In this document: piece after piece, positions 12,958 through 22,302 of the stretch
Layout: each line of letters opens with the position of its first letter
Numbering within the stretch: the first letter of the stretch is position 1
Source of the DNA: a virus
Taxonomy: Duplodnaviria > Heunggongvirae > Uroviricota > Caudoviricetes
Virus record (IMG/VR): IMGVR_UViG_2703718809_000006
DNA: 59,084 bases
Reading direction: 5' to 3' (one strand)
Position numbers and translations under genes: made by a program
The notes under the pieces: generated by a model
What the model saw: the letters and a program-made list of their open reading frames with translations, nothing else
Database searches by the model: none
What the model was told of the DNA's origin: nothing

Positions 12958-13044
12958 ATGAACACGGCATTCAAAATCATTATGGCCGCGATCTATTTCT
13001 GGCTGTTCTCTATCACTTTTGGCGGCATCGTCGCACATGGGTAA
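12958..13044 (+). CDS. Small hydrophobic peptide (28 aa, MNTAFKIIMAAIYFWLFSITFGGIVAHG), not in the ORF track
   Basis: ATG preceded by AGGAG and the CCAATCAATCA leader module; single predicted TM segment. Confidence 0.35.
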   Translation: MNTAFKIIMAAIYFWLFSITFGGIVAHG

Positions 13045-13053
13045 GGGGGATGC

Positions 13054-13635
13054 ATGAAAGGCGAAGTGAAAGAGCGCGGCATGATTTTTAACGATGAGAT
13101 GGTCCGGGCAATTCTTGGCGGGAATAAAACACAGACTCGCAGGATTGTTGAAGAAAAATTCTATGGACGGGCAGTGGCCGCAGAGTTGCTTGCCAAGCAT
13201 TGTCCATATGGTCAACCGGGCGATCGTATTTGGGTTCGCGAAACCTACCGGGTACATGGCAAAGCGACGGACGTCGCAACGCTGGTTTATCGCGCAAGCG
13301 TGCGTAACTCCTGGACAGAACAAACGCACCGGGTTCCGGTCGAGGTTTGTAATAAACCAGTATCAGAAAAGTGGACGCCATCAATTCACATGCCGCGCTG
13401 GGCATCGCGCATTCTTCTGGAAATTACCAACGTGCGCGTTGAGCGGTTGAACGATATCAGCGAATGCGATGCAAGGGCTGAGGGCGCACCAACAGAATCG
13501 ACCCTCATTGGCGATAAGCATTACCCAGGGTTCCGTAGCCTATGGAAATCAATTTATGGCGAAGATAGTTGGAACGCTAATCCTTGGGTGTGGGTAATAG
13601 AGTTTGAGCGTATTCAGGGGGCAACCAGTGAGTGA
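13054..13635 (+). CDS. Hypothetical protein (possibly ASCH-like)
   Basis: N-terminal 'MIFNDEMVRAILGGNKTQTRR' motif common in small phage proteins. Confidence 0.4.
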   Translation: MKGEVKERGMIFNDEMVRAILGGNKTQTRRIVEEKFYGRAVAAELLAKHCPYGQPGDRIWVRETYRVHGKATDVATLVYRASVRNSWTEQTHRVPVEVCNKPVSEKWTPSIHMPRWASRILLEITNVRVERLNDISECDARAEGAPTESTLIGDKHYPGFRSLWKSIYGEDSWNANPWVWVIEFERIQGATSE

Positions 13636-13888
13636 GTCAAAATGCCAAATTAATGGCAACAAGATAGAACCGTGCGCGGCGTTGGCACAATCCCTGGAGC
13701 ATGACGCTGAATACACGACGCGAAAAGGTCTGCTGAAATACAAAATCTATAACCATGAATTAATTCATTCACAAGACCTGATCATGCTGCGGTCTGGTGA
13801 ATTTTCTAAATCGCCTATTCGAGTTTCATTTTGCCCGTTCTGTGGTGAAAGTCTGAAAACGTGGGAAGCGGAGGCAACCAGTGAATAA
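13625..13888 (+). CDS. Small Cys-containing protein
   Basis: GTG start overlapping the upstream stop within the GGGGCAACCAGTGA junction module; 'CPFCGESL' motif. Confidence 0.4.
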   Translation, partial: PVSESKCQINGNKIEPCAALAQSLEHDAEYTTRKGLLKYKIYNHELIHSQDLIMLRSGEFSKSPIRVSFCPFCGESLKTWEAEATSE

Positions 13889-14525
13889 CCGCTTTTACAT
13901 GATGTGCTTGCGTGAAACTGTGGGTAATAACGCCTCATTCCATTGCCATAACGGCAATGGTTACAGTTCTGATATCGATCGCGCTCATGTTTACACGCTG
14001 GAAGAAGCCCAAAAAGCCTGGAATTGTGGACGAGATATCGATCAGCCTGTTTGCGCTGATAGCGTGGATGCAATGGCTGTGTGGCACGTTGATTGCCAGT
14101 ACATCCCCACAGAAAGCCTGATTGAGTCAGATTGCACTGCGTATGTGGCCTACAAAAAAGGTAGCTGGAACGGCAACGATGTTTACTGGCTTCAACACGG
14201 TGGATTGCCAACAGATGACTTCAGTAAAGCGACCATCTTTAGCGTCGCCAACAAAAACGAACCAGGAATAGTTTGGTTGCCATTTTCCATTGCTGATGCA
14301 GCAAAGCGTCGGACGTTCAATATCAATAACTTTAACCGCAGAACAATGGTTCAGGGCGCAGGTTTGGTCATGCCTGACTGGTTGAAAGAGCAGAACAGAA
14401 GAAAGAAGTCGCGAAGCGGGAAGGTGCGTTGGAATTGTCCGCATTGCGGAAAAATAACCTGGCAGTACAGCCCATATGATTTTGAAGGCTGTAGTGATTA
14501 CAACTGTGAAGGATGGCGAGAATGA
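13881..14525 (+). CDS. Cys-rich protein with C-terminal zinc-ribbon-like motif
   Basis: GTG start inside the GGAGGCAACCAGTGA junction; 'CPHCG...C..C' near the C-terminus. Confidence 0.45.
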   Translation: MNNRFYMMCLRETVGNNASFHCHNGNGYSSDIDRAHVYTLEEAQKAWNCGRDIDQPVCADSVDAMAVWHVDCQYIPTESLIESDCTAYVAYKKGSWNGNDVYWLQHGGLPTDDFSKATIFSVANKNEPGIVWLPFSIADAAKRRTFNINNFNRRTMVQGAGLVMPDWLKEQNRRKKSRSGKVRWNCPHCGKITWQYSPYDFEGCSDYNCEGWRE

Positions 14526-15109
14526 CAATTGACTATCAGGCACTGCGTGAGGCGGCAGTTGCAGTAGAAACAGAACCTATGCATCAAAATTTTGTGGCGT
14601 TTCGTATGGCGTTCACGCCATCGGTGGCACTGGCACTACTGGATGAAATTAAGCGGCTGGAAGACACAAATATTGATGCTATGTGCCGTATTGCAGAGCT
14701 TGAGACTAATCTCGCGGCGCTGGTGGCAGAGAACGCCGGACTGAAACACGCAATGGCCGTAACTCATGAGCATGTGTCGGTCACGGATGCAGGGCAGGCC
14801 GGAGTTGCTGCAATGATTATCAACGATGCCCTGCACCACAGCGAAACTCCAGCTACCGATGCTTTTCTAGCTGAAGTGAAGACTGAAGCACGCAAGGAAG
14901 GCGCTTATTTTGTGGCGAACAGAATGCTGGCTGCCTGGGAAGCTGGTTTTATTGATGATACTGCGAAGAACGCCGCGGATATTGCCCGGATGATTCTTAC
15001 CTCTACTGAGTTTATGGCTAATGCGCCGGAAGGCGATTTTGACCGCTCATTCTCTGATGGCGTTCTCGAAGATATCGCCGACCAGCTTCGAAAAGGAGGC
15101 AACCAGTGA
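14513..15109 (+). CDS. Hypothetical protein, tandem paralog 1
   Basis: Shares the N-terminal 'IDYQALREAA' block and an identical ~29-nt DNA stretch with the next gene. Confidence 0.45.
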   Translation: MARMTIDYQALREAAVAVETEPMHQNFVAFRMAFTPSVALALLDEIKRLEDTNIDAMCRIAELETNLAALVAENAGLKHAMAVTHEHVSVTDAGQAGVAAMIINDALHHSETPATDAFLAEVKTEARKEGAYFVANRMLAAWEAGFIDDTAKNAADIARMILTSTEFMANAPEGDFDRSFSDGVLEDIADQLRKGGNQ

Positions 15110-15804
15110 GCAAGATTGACTATCAGGCACTGCGTGAGGCGGCGGAACGTGCAATTCCAGCAATGGAACGCCTGTTAATGTTGCCAGCTGATGATGATTT
15201 GTTAAGTGAACAGGAACTTAAAGATTACGGTGTGGATATTGATGCGCTCAACGCCTTCAAATTTCTGGCCGGACCAGAAACCGTGCTGGCACTACTGGAT
15301 GAACGGGAAAGAAACCAGCAATACATCAAACGCCGCGACCAGGAGAACGAGGATATTGCGCTAACGGTAGGGAAGCTGCGTGTTGAGCTTGAGGAGACAA
15401 AATCAAAACTCAACGAGCAGCGTGAGTATTACGAAGGTGTTATCTCGGATGGAAGTAAGCGTATTGCTGAACTGGAGAAAAGCGAAGAGCAACTCATTAA
15501 CGAGCGTGACCATGCTGAGTCTGCTTTAGCTGATATGTATTTTGCAGCAACCGGGGATAGGCCTGAGTGGAGTAACTGGTTCGGTTTTTCAGATGCAGTA
15601 GATGCCGTAGTTGACAGAATTGCTGATTTAGAAGCTAAACAGCCATCGCCAGTAGTACCTGAAGGACTGATTAAAGCGGTGCGTTTTTATGAGCAGGTAA
15701 AACGTGAGAACCCGCCAGTCGAAACCGGAGCATGGAAAGACGCTGTTGACTGGGTGCTCAGAGAAGCTTGCCAGACTGTAAACATTGGTATCAAAGGAGA
15801 GTGA
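15106..15804 (+). CDS. Hypothetical protein, tandem paralog 2 (coiled-coil)
   Basis: GTG start inside the GGAGGCAACCAGTGA junction; N-terminus homologous to the previous ORF. Confidence 0.45.
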   Translation: MSKIDYQALREAAERAIPAMERLLMLPADDDLLSEQELKDYGVDIDALNAFKFLAGPETVLALLDERERNQQYIKRRDQENEDIALTVGKLRVELEETKSKLNEQREYYEGVISDGSKRIAELEKSEEQLINERDHAESALADMYFAATGDRPEWSNWFGFSDAVDAVVDRIADLEAKQPSPVVPEGLIKAVRFYEQVKRENPPVETGAWKDAVDWVLREACQTVNIGIKGE

Positions 15805-16298
15805 GAGTGCAGATTTCACCGGTTACTCTTCGTGTTGCGAAGGCATTTATATCCAGACATCACCGACACAATAAACCCCCGGTGGGGCATAAATTCAGCA
15901 TTGGTCTGAGAAATGATGCCGGAGAATTGATAGGTGTGGCGACAGCCGGTCGACCTGTTGCACGACATTTGGACGATGGATTAACGCTTGAAGTAAATCG
16001 CACATGTACCACAGGAGAACGCAACGCTAACAGCGCGCTTTATGGTGCTGTCTGGCGGGCAGCAAAAGCTATGGGTTATCAACGTTGTATTACGTACACC
16101 CGGGCAGATGAATCAGGAGCATCTCTTCGCGCAGCTGGTTTTGTTCGTGTGAAAGAGCTTCCTCCAAGAAAAAGCTGGGCGGAATCAAGCGTCGCCCTGC
16201 GGAGTAAACGCGATCCGGTCGGAAACGGTGGTGTTCCTCGTGTGCTCTGGGAAATCAGGAGAATGAGTACCACTGGCATTCGCATCAAAGGAGAGTGA
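15804..16298 (+). CDS. Hypothetical protein
   Basis: GTG start after the ATCAAAGGAGAGTGA junction module; 164 codons; no motif I can place. Confidence 0.4.
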   Translation, partial: RVQISPVTLRVAKAFISRHHRHNKPPVGHKFSIGLRNDAGELIGVATAGRPVARHLDDGLTLEVNRTCTTGERNANSALYGAVWRAAKAMGYQRCITYTRADESGASLRAAGFVRVKELPPRKSWAESSVALRSKRDPVGNGGVPRVLWEIRRMSTTGIRIKGE

Positions 16299-16299
16299 T

Positions 16300-16563
16300 A
16301 TGGCAACTTTAACAAAAAAAGAACGGGCATGGTTGAATGAATTACAGGACGTTCTTGATCGCTGCCCATCACCGAAAAAAATTGGTTTTTACACCATTGG
16401 CGATAAAAGCATTTACCTGTATGACCTGCGCCGCATGGATGAAATCATGGAGGCTCTTGATAATCGTTCGTCGATGGATTGGTGTGTTGCTGTTCATGAT
16501 ATGAATGCAGGGTTTGATGAAAAGATTTTGTTCCCCTCATCAGTTGAAAGCACTGCGGGTTAA
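16300..16563 (+). CDS. Small hypothetical protein
   Basis: ATG after a second copy of the ATCAAAGGAGAGTGA junction module. Confidence 0.4.
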   Translation: MATLTKKERAWLNELQDVLDRCPSPKKIGFYTIGDKSIYLYDLRRMDEIMEALDNRSSMDWCVAVHDMNAGFDEKILFPSSVESTAG

Positions 16564-16573
16564 GGAGTAACAC

Positions 16574-17437
16574 ATGACCACTATTACCAAAGAACGTATT
16601 GAATTGTTCATTAAAAATCCGCTTGAAAACGGGCTTACCCGTGGTGAACAAATGGAACTGGCACGGATTGCGCTGGCATCGCTGGAAGCAGAGCCGGCGG
16701 CAAAGATTATAGCTCATTACCCATTAGGGGTTGACGTAGGCAAACAAAAATTCGTACAGGCCATTAGAGAGCTTCCTGACTTTGGCGGATATCTATTTGC
16801 CGCCCCTCCAGCGCCGATAGTGCCGGAAGAAATGTATTGGCAGGATGCGCCAGTTGAAGGCAGCAGCAAAGCGGCTGCATACGCTACAGGCTGGAACGAT
16901 TGCCGCGAAGCCATGCTTCAGTCCGGAAACTTTCGGGAAAACAAGAATTCGTCAACCAATAATTTTCGGGAAATCGCGGAAACGTCAACCAACTATCCGG
17001 TAATTCCTAGTGAGGTGTTGTCCGCAATCTTGAAGGTTGCCAAGATTCGTGCCGATTTCGATGATTTTGACGGTGACAGGCGAGGTATCGGTGATTGTCT
17101 GGATGAGGCTGAGCAAGAGCTTATCGTTACCATTAACAAATATGCCAGTCAGTTGGCAGCAGAACCTATAGCGCCTAATGACGTTCGAGAGCAGACAGCC
17201 ATTCCGCAAGTTCCGGTAACTCCGGATGGTTGGATAAGCTGTAGTGAGCGAATGCCGGATACCAAAACAGCCGTTCTTGTTGCCAGGGAGTTTGACAGGA
17301 AAGGTGACTGGCGAATGAAATGGGCGACTTACATCCCGGGGCATCCTGACGCTAATGATGGGTGGGTAATACCTGGTGCGTCGTGGATTCCATCACACTG
17401 GATGCCGCTACCAGAACCGCCGCAGGAGGCGAAATGA
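16574..17437 (+). CDS. Phage protein with DUF551-like C-terminal domain
   Basis: C-terminal 'W...VLVA...W...HWMPLPEPP' pattern; imperfect intragenic tandem repeat at about 16921-16990. Confidence 0.5.
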   Translation: MTTITKERIELFIKNPLENGLTRGEQMELARIALASLEAEPAAKIIAHYPLGVDVGKQKFVQAIRELPDFGGYLFAAPPAPIVPEEMYWQDAPVEGSSKAAAYATGWNDCREAMLQSGNFRENKNSSTNNFREIAETSTNYPVIPSEVLSAILKVAKIRADFDDFDGDRRGIGDCLDEAEQELIVTINKYASQLAAEPIAPNDVREQTAIPQVPVTPDGWISCSERMPDTKTAVLVAREFDRKGDWRMKWATYIPGHPDANDGWVIPGASWIPSHWMPLPEPPQEAK

Positions 17438-17694
17438 TGGATGTAAAAGAGAAGGTTTTGCAGGTGATGCGTTCCCGTGCTGCCCTACAAGAGAAAGCTC
17501 TCGGCGGTGAATATCCATTCACGATAGCAACCTGGAATCTGCGGTTGGCAATGGAGAAGGAATTTCCTGATGAAGAATGGCGCTCGGCAGATTTGCGCAA
17601 AATTCTTATGGAGCTGGCTAAAGACGGAACAGTATCCAAAGATACCCATGCCAGCCGGATTGGTCAGGCGGTATGGAGACTTGAGGTGCGGTAA
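17434..17694 (+). CDS. Small hypothetical protein
   Basis: ATG overlapping the upstream stop; 86 codons. Confidence 0.4.
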   Translation: MMDVKEKVLQVMRSRAALQEKALGGEYPFTIATWNLRLAMEKEFPDEEWRSADLRKILMELAKDGTVSKDTHASRIGQAVWRLEVR

Positions 17695-17768
17695 TGAGCT
17701 GGCCTGAAGCATTTGCGATTGTAGGCGTAGCTATGGCGATTGCCGCTATTTTTATCTTCTGGGGGTAA
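17694..17768 (+). CDS. Small hydrophobic peptide (24 aa, MSWPEAFAIVGVAMAIAAIFIFWG), not in the ORF track
   Basis: ATG overlaps the upstream TAA; one TM-like segment. Confidence 0.3.
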   Translation: MSWPEAFAIVGVAMAIAAIFIFWG

Positions 17769-17770
17769 CG

Positions 17771-18004
17771 ATGGGAAAATTAACTTTTGTTGTCGAATTT
17801 GAGGATGGCAAAGAGCCACCTGTTAGCGCCAATCTTGATGTTGCTGGTGGCAGGCTGGTTTCGGTTCTATTTGGTGATTACCGCGACGACTTCTTTCAGC
17901 CTGAAGAAGTTGATGTAGTGCGAGAAGCATTAAACGAGCTAAGTGTTGATAACGATGATGCTCATGCGGAAATCATCAAAAAAATGGAACTGCTAACTCA
18001 CTAA
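17771..18004 (+). CDS. Small acidic hypothetical protein
   Basis: 77-aa ORF in operon context. Confidence 0.4.
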   Translation: MGKLTFVVEFEDGKEPPVSANLDVAGGRLVSVLFGDYRDDFFQPEEVDVVREALNELSVDNDDAHAEIIKKMELLTH

Positions 18005-18052
18005 ATTATCAATTATGGTGCTATCACCTACGACACCGAGAGAAAATTTATA

Positions 18053-18175
18053 ATGTCAAAAGTAAATGTTTTGATTTTTTCAGCAATTGTTGGCTTTGGT
18101 TTTACTGCCGGAGTGCAGATTTATATTGCGTGGGAAAAAATCATCAACTACGCATGGAGTTGTTTTATTAAGTGA
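18053..18175 (+). CDS. Small hydrophobic peptide (40 aa, MSKVNVLIFSAIVGFGFTAGVQIYIAWEKIINYAWSCFIK), not in the ORF track
   Basis: ATG-initiated ORF with one TM-like segment upstream of the 18183 gene. Confidence 0.3.
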   Translation: MSKVNVLIFSAIVGFGFTAGVQIYIAWEKIINYAWSCFIK

Positions 18176-18182
18176 GGTAAGT

Positions 18183-18476
18183 ATGTGGAGAGGTAATAGT
18201 CATGGCAAAAGCCAGATGATACTTACCGAATATCAGTTTGACCATAAAACCAATAAATCACGTTCAGTATATTTGCTTCGGCACAATAGCCGCGTAAGGA
18301 ATACCGTGCTGGAGCAAAATCTGACTGTTGAAATGGATAATTACGGTGGCTTCAAGCCAACAATTTCGCTTGATGATTTTCCTCGTGGTTTAAGCGAAAG
18401 AGAAGCAATGCTGAAATTAGCAGAATGGCTACAAAGATTAAGCATTGCTATTGAAGATAACTGGTCTGAACCTTAA
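18183..18476 (+). CDS. Hypothetical protein
   Basis: Probable ATG start at 18183 (MWRGNSHGK...) within track ORF 18087-18476. Confidence 0.4.
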   Translation: MWRGNSHGKSQMILTEYQFDHKTNKSRSVYLLRHNSRVRNTVLEQNLTVEMDNYGGFKPTISLDDFPRGLSEREAMLKLAEWLQRLSIAIEDNWSEP

Positions 18477-18482
18477 ATTTAT

Positions 18483-18857
18483 ATGATGACACTAAAACAT
18501 TTTCTTGACCGCCCATTATGGGCGGCAGCCGCAGGCTATGACTTTAATTATATGGATTGCATGTCTTATACTGCCAATGCATACGACCATTCGTTCAGCC
18601 TGCTGTTTAATTCTTTAAGAATATTGCCGGAAACAGAAGTTGGAGAGCTTCATTTATGGCTATTGGGCTTTATCGCGGCTGTCGTTGGTATTGCTGTATG
18701 GCCTTTTATTTTCTGGCTGGTGGCTGTTGTAGTGTGGTTTAAGTGCAAGACGTACCGGAGAAAGTATTTCTTAGGTGATGGAATGACTGATATTGCCAAA
18801 ATGAACATTGAAAAATGGACTAAGGAATGTGAAAAGAAATGGCGCAAAAAGAAATGA
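18483..18857 (+). CDS. Membrane protein
   Basis: Hydrophobic segment 'LWLLGFIAAVVGIAVWPFIFWLVAVVVWF' followed by a basic tail. Confidence 0.45.
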   Translation: MMTLKHFLDRPLWAAAAGYDFNYMDCMSYTANAYDHSFSLLFNSLRILPETEVGELHLWLLGFIAAVVGIAVWPFIFWLVAVVVWFKCKTYRRKYFLGDGMTDIAKMNIEKWTKECEKKWRKKK

Positions 18858-19771
18858 CCAGAATCACTGAAGAGCGTATATCAGAGATTATTTCCCGTAT
18901 CGAAATGTATGGTCACGGTGCTGGATATACGGCAGATGAAGTATTGGCACTTGCCCAAATGGTTTTGGCGGCTTGCAAAGATGATAAAAAAATGAAGTTT
19001 ATCGACTTGTTAGTGAAGGAGCTGCCTAAGTGCGGCGGGTGGCCTGATGGAATGAGTTATTGTTACCTACCCAGTGTCAATTTAATGGCACCATGCGCGA
19101 CTTTTGCTTTTGGCTCAGACCACAAAAAAGACACTTTCTTTGGGCGCAATTTTTGTTGTGATATTGAGCTTCCAATTGGTGACCTTGATAGCGATGAATA
19201 CCAGTCAGTTGTCACTCGCGAACAATACGAATCAGCTCTCATAGCGTCGCAGAAAGTCGAGTTCAATGGTGATGAACTTGAAAGTAAGACTTACAGGTTG
19301 GATTTTGGGCAATGGCTGGAACAGCAACGCGGGAAAATCGATGTGGACTGTGGTTGTGTGTCCACTGAAACATTCATGCACTGGCTGCGGGTAGCTTACG
19401 AGGCTGGCAACTATCCGGATATTCCGGATAGTTCGGTGCCAGCGCCAGGAAAGGGCGTCACCGGTGAACGTATCCGCATTAAGCCGCATGTTTATCGCGA
19501 ACTGGTTAACCGTCTCCACGATACAGCGATCAAGTGTGCTGGCACCCAGCAATTACGAGAAAGAATTAGCCGTGTTTTGGGCGACGTTATTACGCCATAT
19601 CATCATAAACAAGCCGAGAAAAGCGGTCTGGAAAGGTGTCATCTTGAGGCAGCATTAAACATTAAGCCGGGGCATACGCTTGGCATTATTGATGCACTGT
19701 TGGTTCATAAGATGGCCATGGCTTTATTGTCGTTGGTGGACGCTGGTGATACAAGCGAGGGTGAAGTATGA
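18839..19771 (+). CDS. Hypothetical protein
   Basis: 310-aa ORF overlapping both neighbours. Confidence 0.45.
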   Translation: MAQKEMTRITEERISEIISRIEMYGHGAGYTADEVLALAQMVLAACKDDKKMKFIDLLVKELPKCGGWPDGMSYCYLPSVNLMAPCATFAFGSDHKKDTFFGRNFCCDIELPIGDLDSDEYQSVVTREQYESALIASQKVEFNGDELESKTYRLDFGQWLEQQRGKIDVDCGCVSTETFMHWLRVAYEAGNYPDIPDSSVPAPGKGVTGERIRIKPHVYRELVNRLHDTAIKCAGTQQLRERISRVLGDVITPYHHKQAEKSGLERCHLEAALNIKPGHTLGIIDALLVHKMAMALLSLVDAGDTSEGEV

Positions 19772-20130
19772 GAGTTGCAGATCACATCAAACACCTTGAA
19801 AGAATTATCGAAAACGGTGAACTCTTAAGAGATCAGATGAGACGCACGGCAGAAGCCAGGGAGGCGATAATCCGCAGTCAGGCTGGTAAATTAAAGCAAT
19901 TGTCAGAGATTAACACGCTATACAAGAACAGACGTAACCGGGCGGTGATGCGGCTTCAGAAAGCACGTAATGAAATTAAATTGGTGGAGGCAAAACTGAA
20001 AAAACAGATCCAGCGTTACGATCAGCAAGATGCTTTTTATGCCGCCATCAAGGCGGCTGCTAATGAAATAGGCATCTGGAAGTTGCTGGTGGAGAAAGCA
20101 AAGACGAAGTTAAATGCCAACGAAAGCTGA
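19768..20130 (+). CDS. Coiled-coil protein
   Basis: ATGA overlap with the upstream gene; K/E/R-rich heptad-like sequence. Confidence 0.45.
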   Translation: MRVADHIKHLERIIENGELLRDQMRRTAEAREAIIRSQAGKLKQLSEINTLYKNRRNRAVMRLQKARNEIKLVEAKLKKQIQRYDQQDAFYAAIKAAANEIGIWKLLVEKAKTKLNANES

Positions 20131-20205
20131 ACTACAGGTGCCCACCAGCACATACAGAAAATGATTGTTTCCACATCAAGGAGATTTTAATGTTTCACTG
20201 AAACA

Positions 20206-20343
20206 TTAAGTAAGCCAGTGCATAATTCCATTTTTTACTGACCTTAAAAGCAAAATCAAAACGATGATGAGGATAATAGCCAGAATCTGGCTAATAATAG
20301 GCGCATCTAAAAATGCACTCAGGAACTGAAAAAAAGCGTTCAT
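20206..20343 (-). CDS. Small hydrophobic peptide (45 aa, MNAFFQFLSAFLDAPIISQILAIILIIVLILLLRSVKNGIMHWLT); candidate type I toxin-like or membrane peptide
   Basis: Minus-strand ATG-to-TAA ORF inside an otherwise ORF-poor region; stop lies in the perfect palindrome TTAATGTTTCA/CTGAAACATTAA. Confidence 0.3.
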   Translation of the reverse strand: MNAFFQFLSAFLDAPIISQILAIILIIVLILLLRSVKNGIMHWLT

Positions 20344-21205
20344 TCAGGTGGTTCCTTGTCAAATGTAAAGGTGCACTTGCTCACGTTGACGTAGAAACCC
20401 AACCCCTATATAGTTGGATTCGGTGAATGAAAGTCGTTAACGTGAGCTTACGGCACATGTTTTCGGAAAAACATCAGGGAACGGCTAATTCCTTGATGCG
20501 GGTGGGGTCTGTAATGCAGACCCTATCTATTAACGTCATGATTGCATCTCAAATTTTCTCCTTATCTTCAATTAATCTACATTCATTTCATCTGTTAGCC
20601 ACCACAATATGTAGAAAATGGCCCTCTTGCAAGTGCATAACTTTGTGGATAACTCAGGAAGGAAAAAGTGGCTTTCGCGCACCTTCGGTCAGACAAGGTG
20701 TCCGGGAAAGTCAACGCAAAGAAAAAAATTGTTAAAAATAACGTTTGTTGGAATTGTATATTTCTATCCCCTTCAATGGTTAGCATTCTATTAACATCTT
20801 TTTTTAGAGACAGAAAAACATATCGTAACAACATATATACAGTATTAAGAGGCGAGTATTATCCTGCGGTGGGAATTCTGGGTGCTGTTAGATTCGACTT
20901 TCTCAGCAGGATTACATCGTCAACTTGCGACGTTGCCGTATGACTTTCGTGTAATAGGTGACAATGATGCGGCTAGTGAGTTACTTGTGAAGTTTTTCGG
21001 AAAAGGTTTTGTGGCCTCGGATCTTGATGAGCTACAGCAACATGAAGTGTCTAATTTGATTTTTAGCCATAGCCAATAAGCCTCCCTCCTCCATCAAGGC
21101 CACAATTTGTGACCTTAAACAATTTGTTTTCTGCTTTTTCTTATTTGAGGAAATAACGTTGTTGACAGCTAATAGGCTCGTTGTTGTTATACATGCCTGT
21201 ATAGA

Positions 21206-21562
21206 TTATGACCGTAAATTATTAGCGGATTTTAAGCCATATTCACCGTTGTAGAAATTACTCATGTTCCATTCATTAGGAAGTTCTTTTCTGTCCAATG
21301 TATAGTGGCGCACGATATAACGATCTTCATCTTCTTCGATGGACAGGCGGACATAGCCAATGTGAATCACCGATACGGGCGGTGTTCGTATTGCATAGAT
21401 GTCGCGGAGATATACCGGCAGCTCGACAAATGCATCAGGTGCATCTGTGATGCTCGTTTTTTCACAGTATTCATATAACGCATCGTTGATATCGTTAAGA
21501 GATTCATGATCGTATATTTCCAGGTAATTACCGCGATCACGATGGTACTCGATTTTAGCCAT
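21206..21562 (-). CDS. Hypothetical protein
   Basis: 118-aa ORF, distal gene of the leftward two-gene unit that starts next to the LexA box. Confidence 0.45.
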   Translation of the reverse strand: MAKIEYHRDRGNYLEIYDHESLNDINDALYEYCEKTSITDAPDAFVELPVYLRDIYAIRTPPVSVIHIGYVRLSIEEDEDRYIVRHYTLDRKELPNEWNMSNFYNGEYGLKSANNLRS

Positions 21563-22147
21563 TCAAAATCCCCTGTTATCGTTTTGCATTTCTCTAATCC
21601 GGTTCAGAACTACTTCGTGCTGGACTTGGATAGCGGCTTTTTCGTTTTCAAGCCGGGCAATAGACATCTCTAATTCTTTGCTGTACCAGGCGAGCTGGGC
21701 CAGGTTCATCCGGTTGTGGTCGAGAGTTGGAGACACTTCGACGCGATCCCTTTCTTCCTGCTTTAATGAGAAGAGATTTATCTCATCCCTTGAGGAAAAT
21801 TCAGCAACAATTTCTTGTTGATGATCCGGTCGCTGCGGCATCCTCGCCAGTATAAATGGCGGTTCTTTTGAAAACATGAATGTCGGTTCAGACCGTGTTT
21901 TTACCCAGCTTGCCTGCTGTCTTTCGGCAAGTTCACAGGCTTCATCATAGTTATCTGCCAAACAAAGCACGGATGGACGGTCCCACGCCCCACCATTCAG
22001 ACAATAAACTACAATTTTCCCGTCAGGTTGTGTAACCCCATATGGATGGTCCCACCAGGCGTCCAGCTGAGCTTTAGAGCGTTTCTCGTTAGGAGTGCAG
22101 TCAAAATTTTTGGGCAATACAGGATCGAGAGGAATGCGATTAGGCAT
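21563..22147 (-). CDS. Hypothetical protein, transcribed divergently from humD
   Basis: 194-aa ORF whose start lies about 135 bp from the LexA box at 22283-22302. Confidence 0.45.
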   Translation of the reverse strand: MPNRIPLDPVLPKNFDCTPNEKRSKAQLDAWWDHPYGVTQPDGKIVVYCLNGGAWDRPSVLCLADNYDEACELAERQQASWVKTRSEPTFMFSKEPPFILARMPQRPDHQQEIVAEFSSRDEINLFSLKQEERDRVEVSPTLDHNRMNLAQLAWYSKELEMSIARLENEKAAIQVQHEVVLNRIREMQNDNRGF

Positions 22148-22282
22148 AGCTAATTCCTTATTAACTGATTGGCAACGAGGTTACGCTGATCCGTTGGTGA
22201 TGAATAGTAGCAAAGAGCACAAAATCATCAGCGGTGGTTGATGTACGTAACGCGTTTGCACCAAAGGTGTCTCTTTAATGTA

Positions 22283-22302
22283 TACTGTATAAATGAACAG
22301 TA
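22283..22302. promoter_or_regulatory. LexA (SOS) box
   Basis: TACTGTATAAATGAACAGTA fits CTGT-N8-ACAG; sits between the divergent humD and 22147 starts. Confidence 0.75.

Noticed and set aside
20427-21079. Track ORFs 20427-20735, 20595-20834, 20668-20943 and 20882-21079
   Set aside because: Mutually overlapping, low-complexity and without start context; the region looks noncoding or RNA-encoding.
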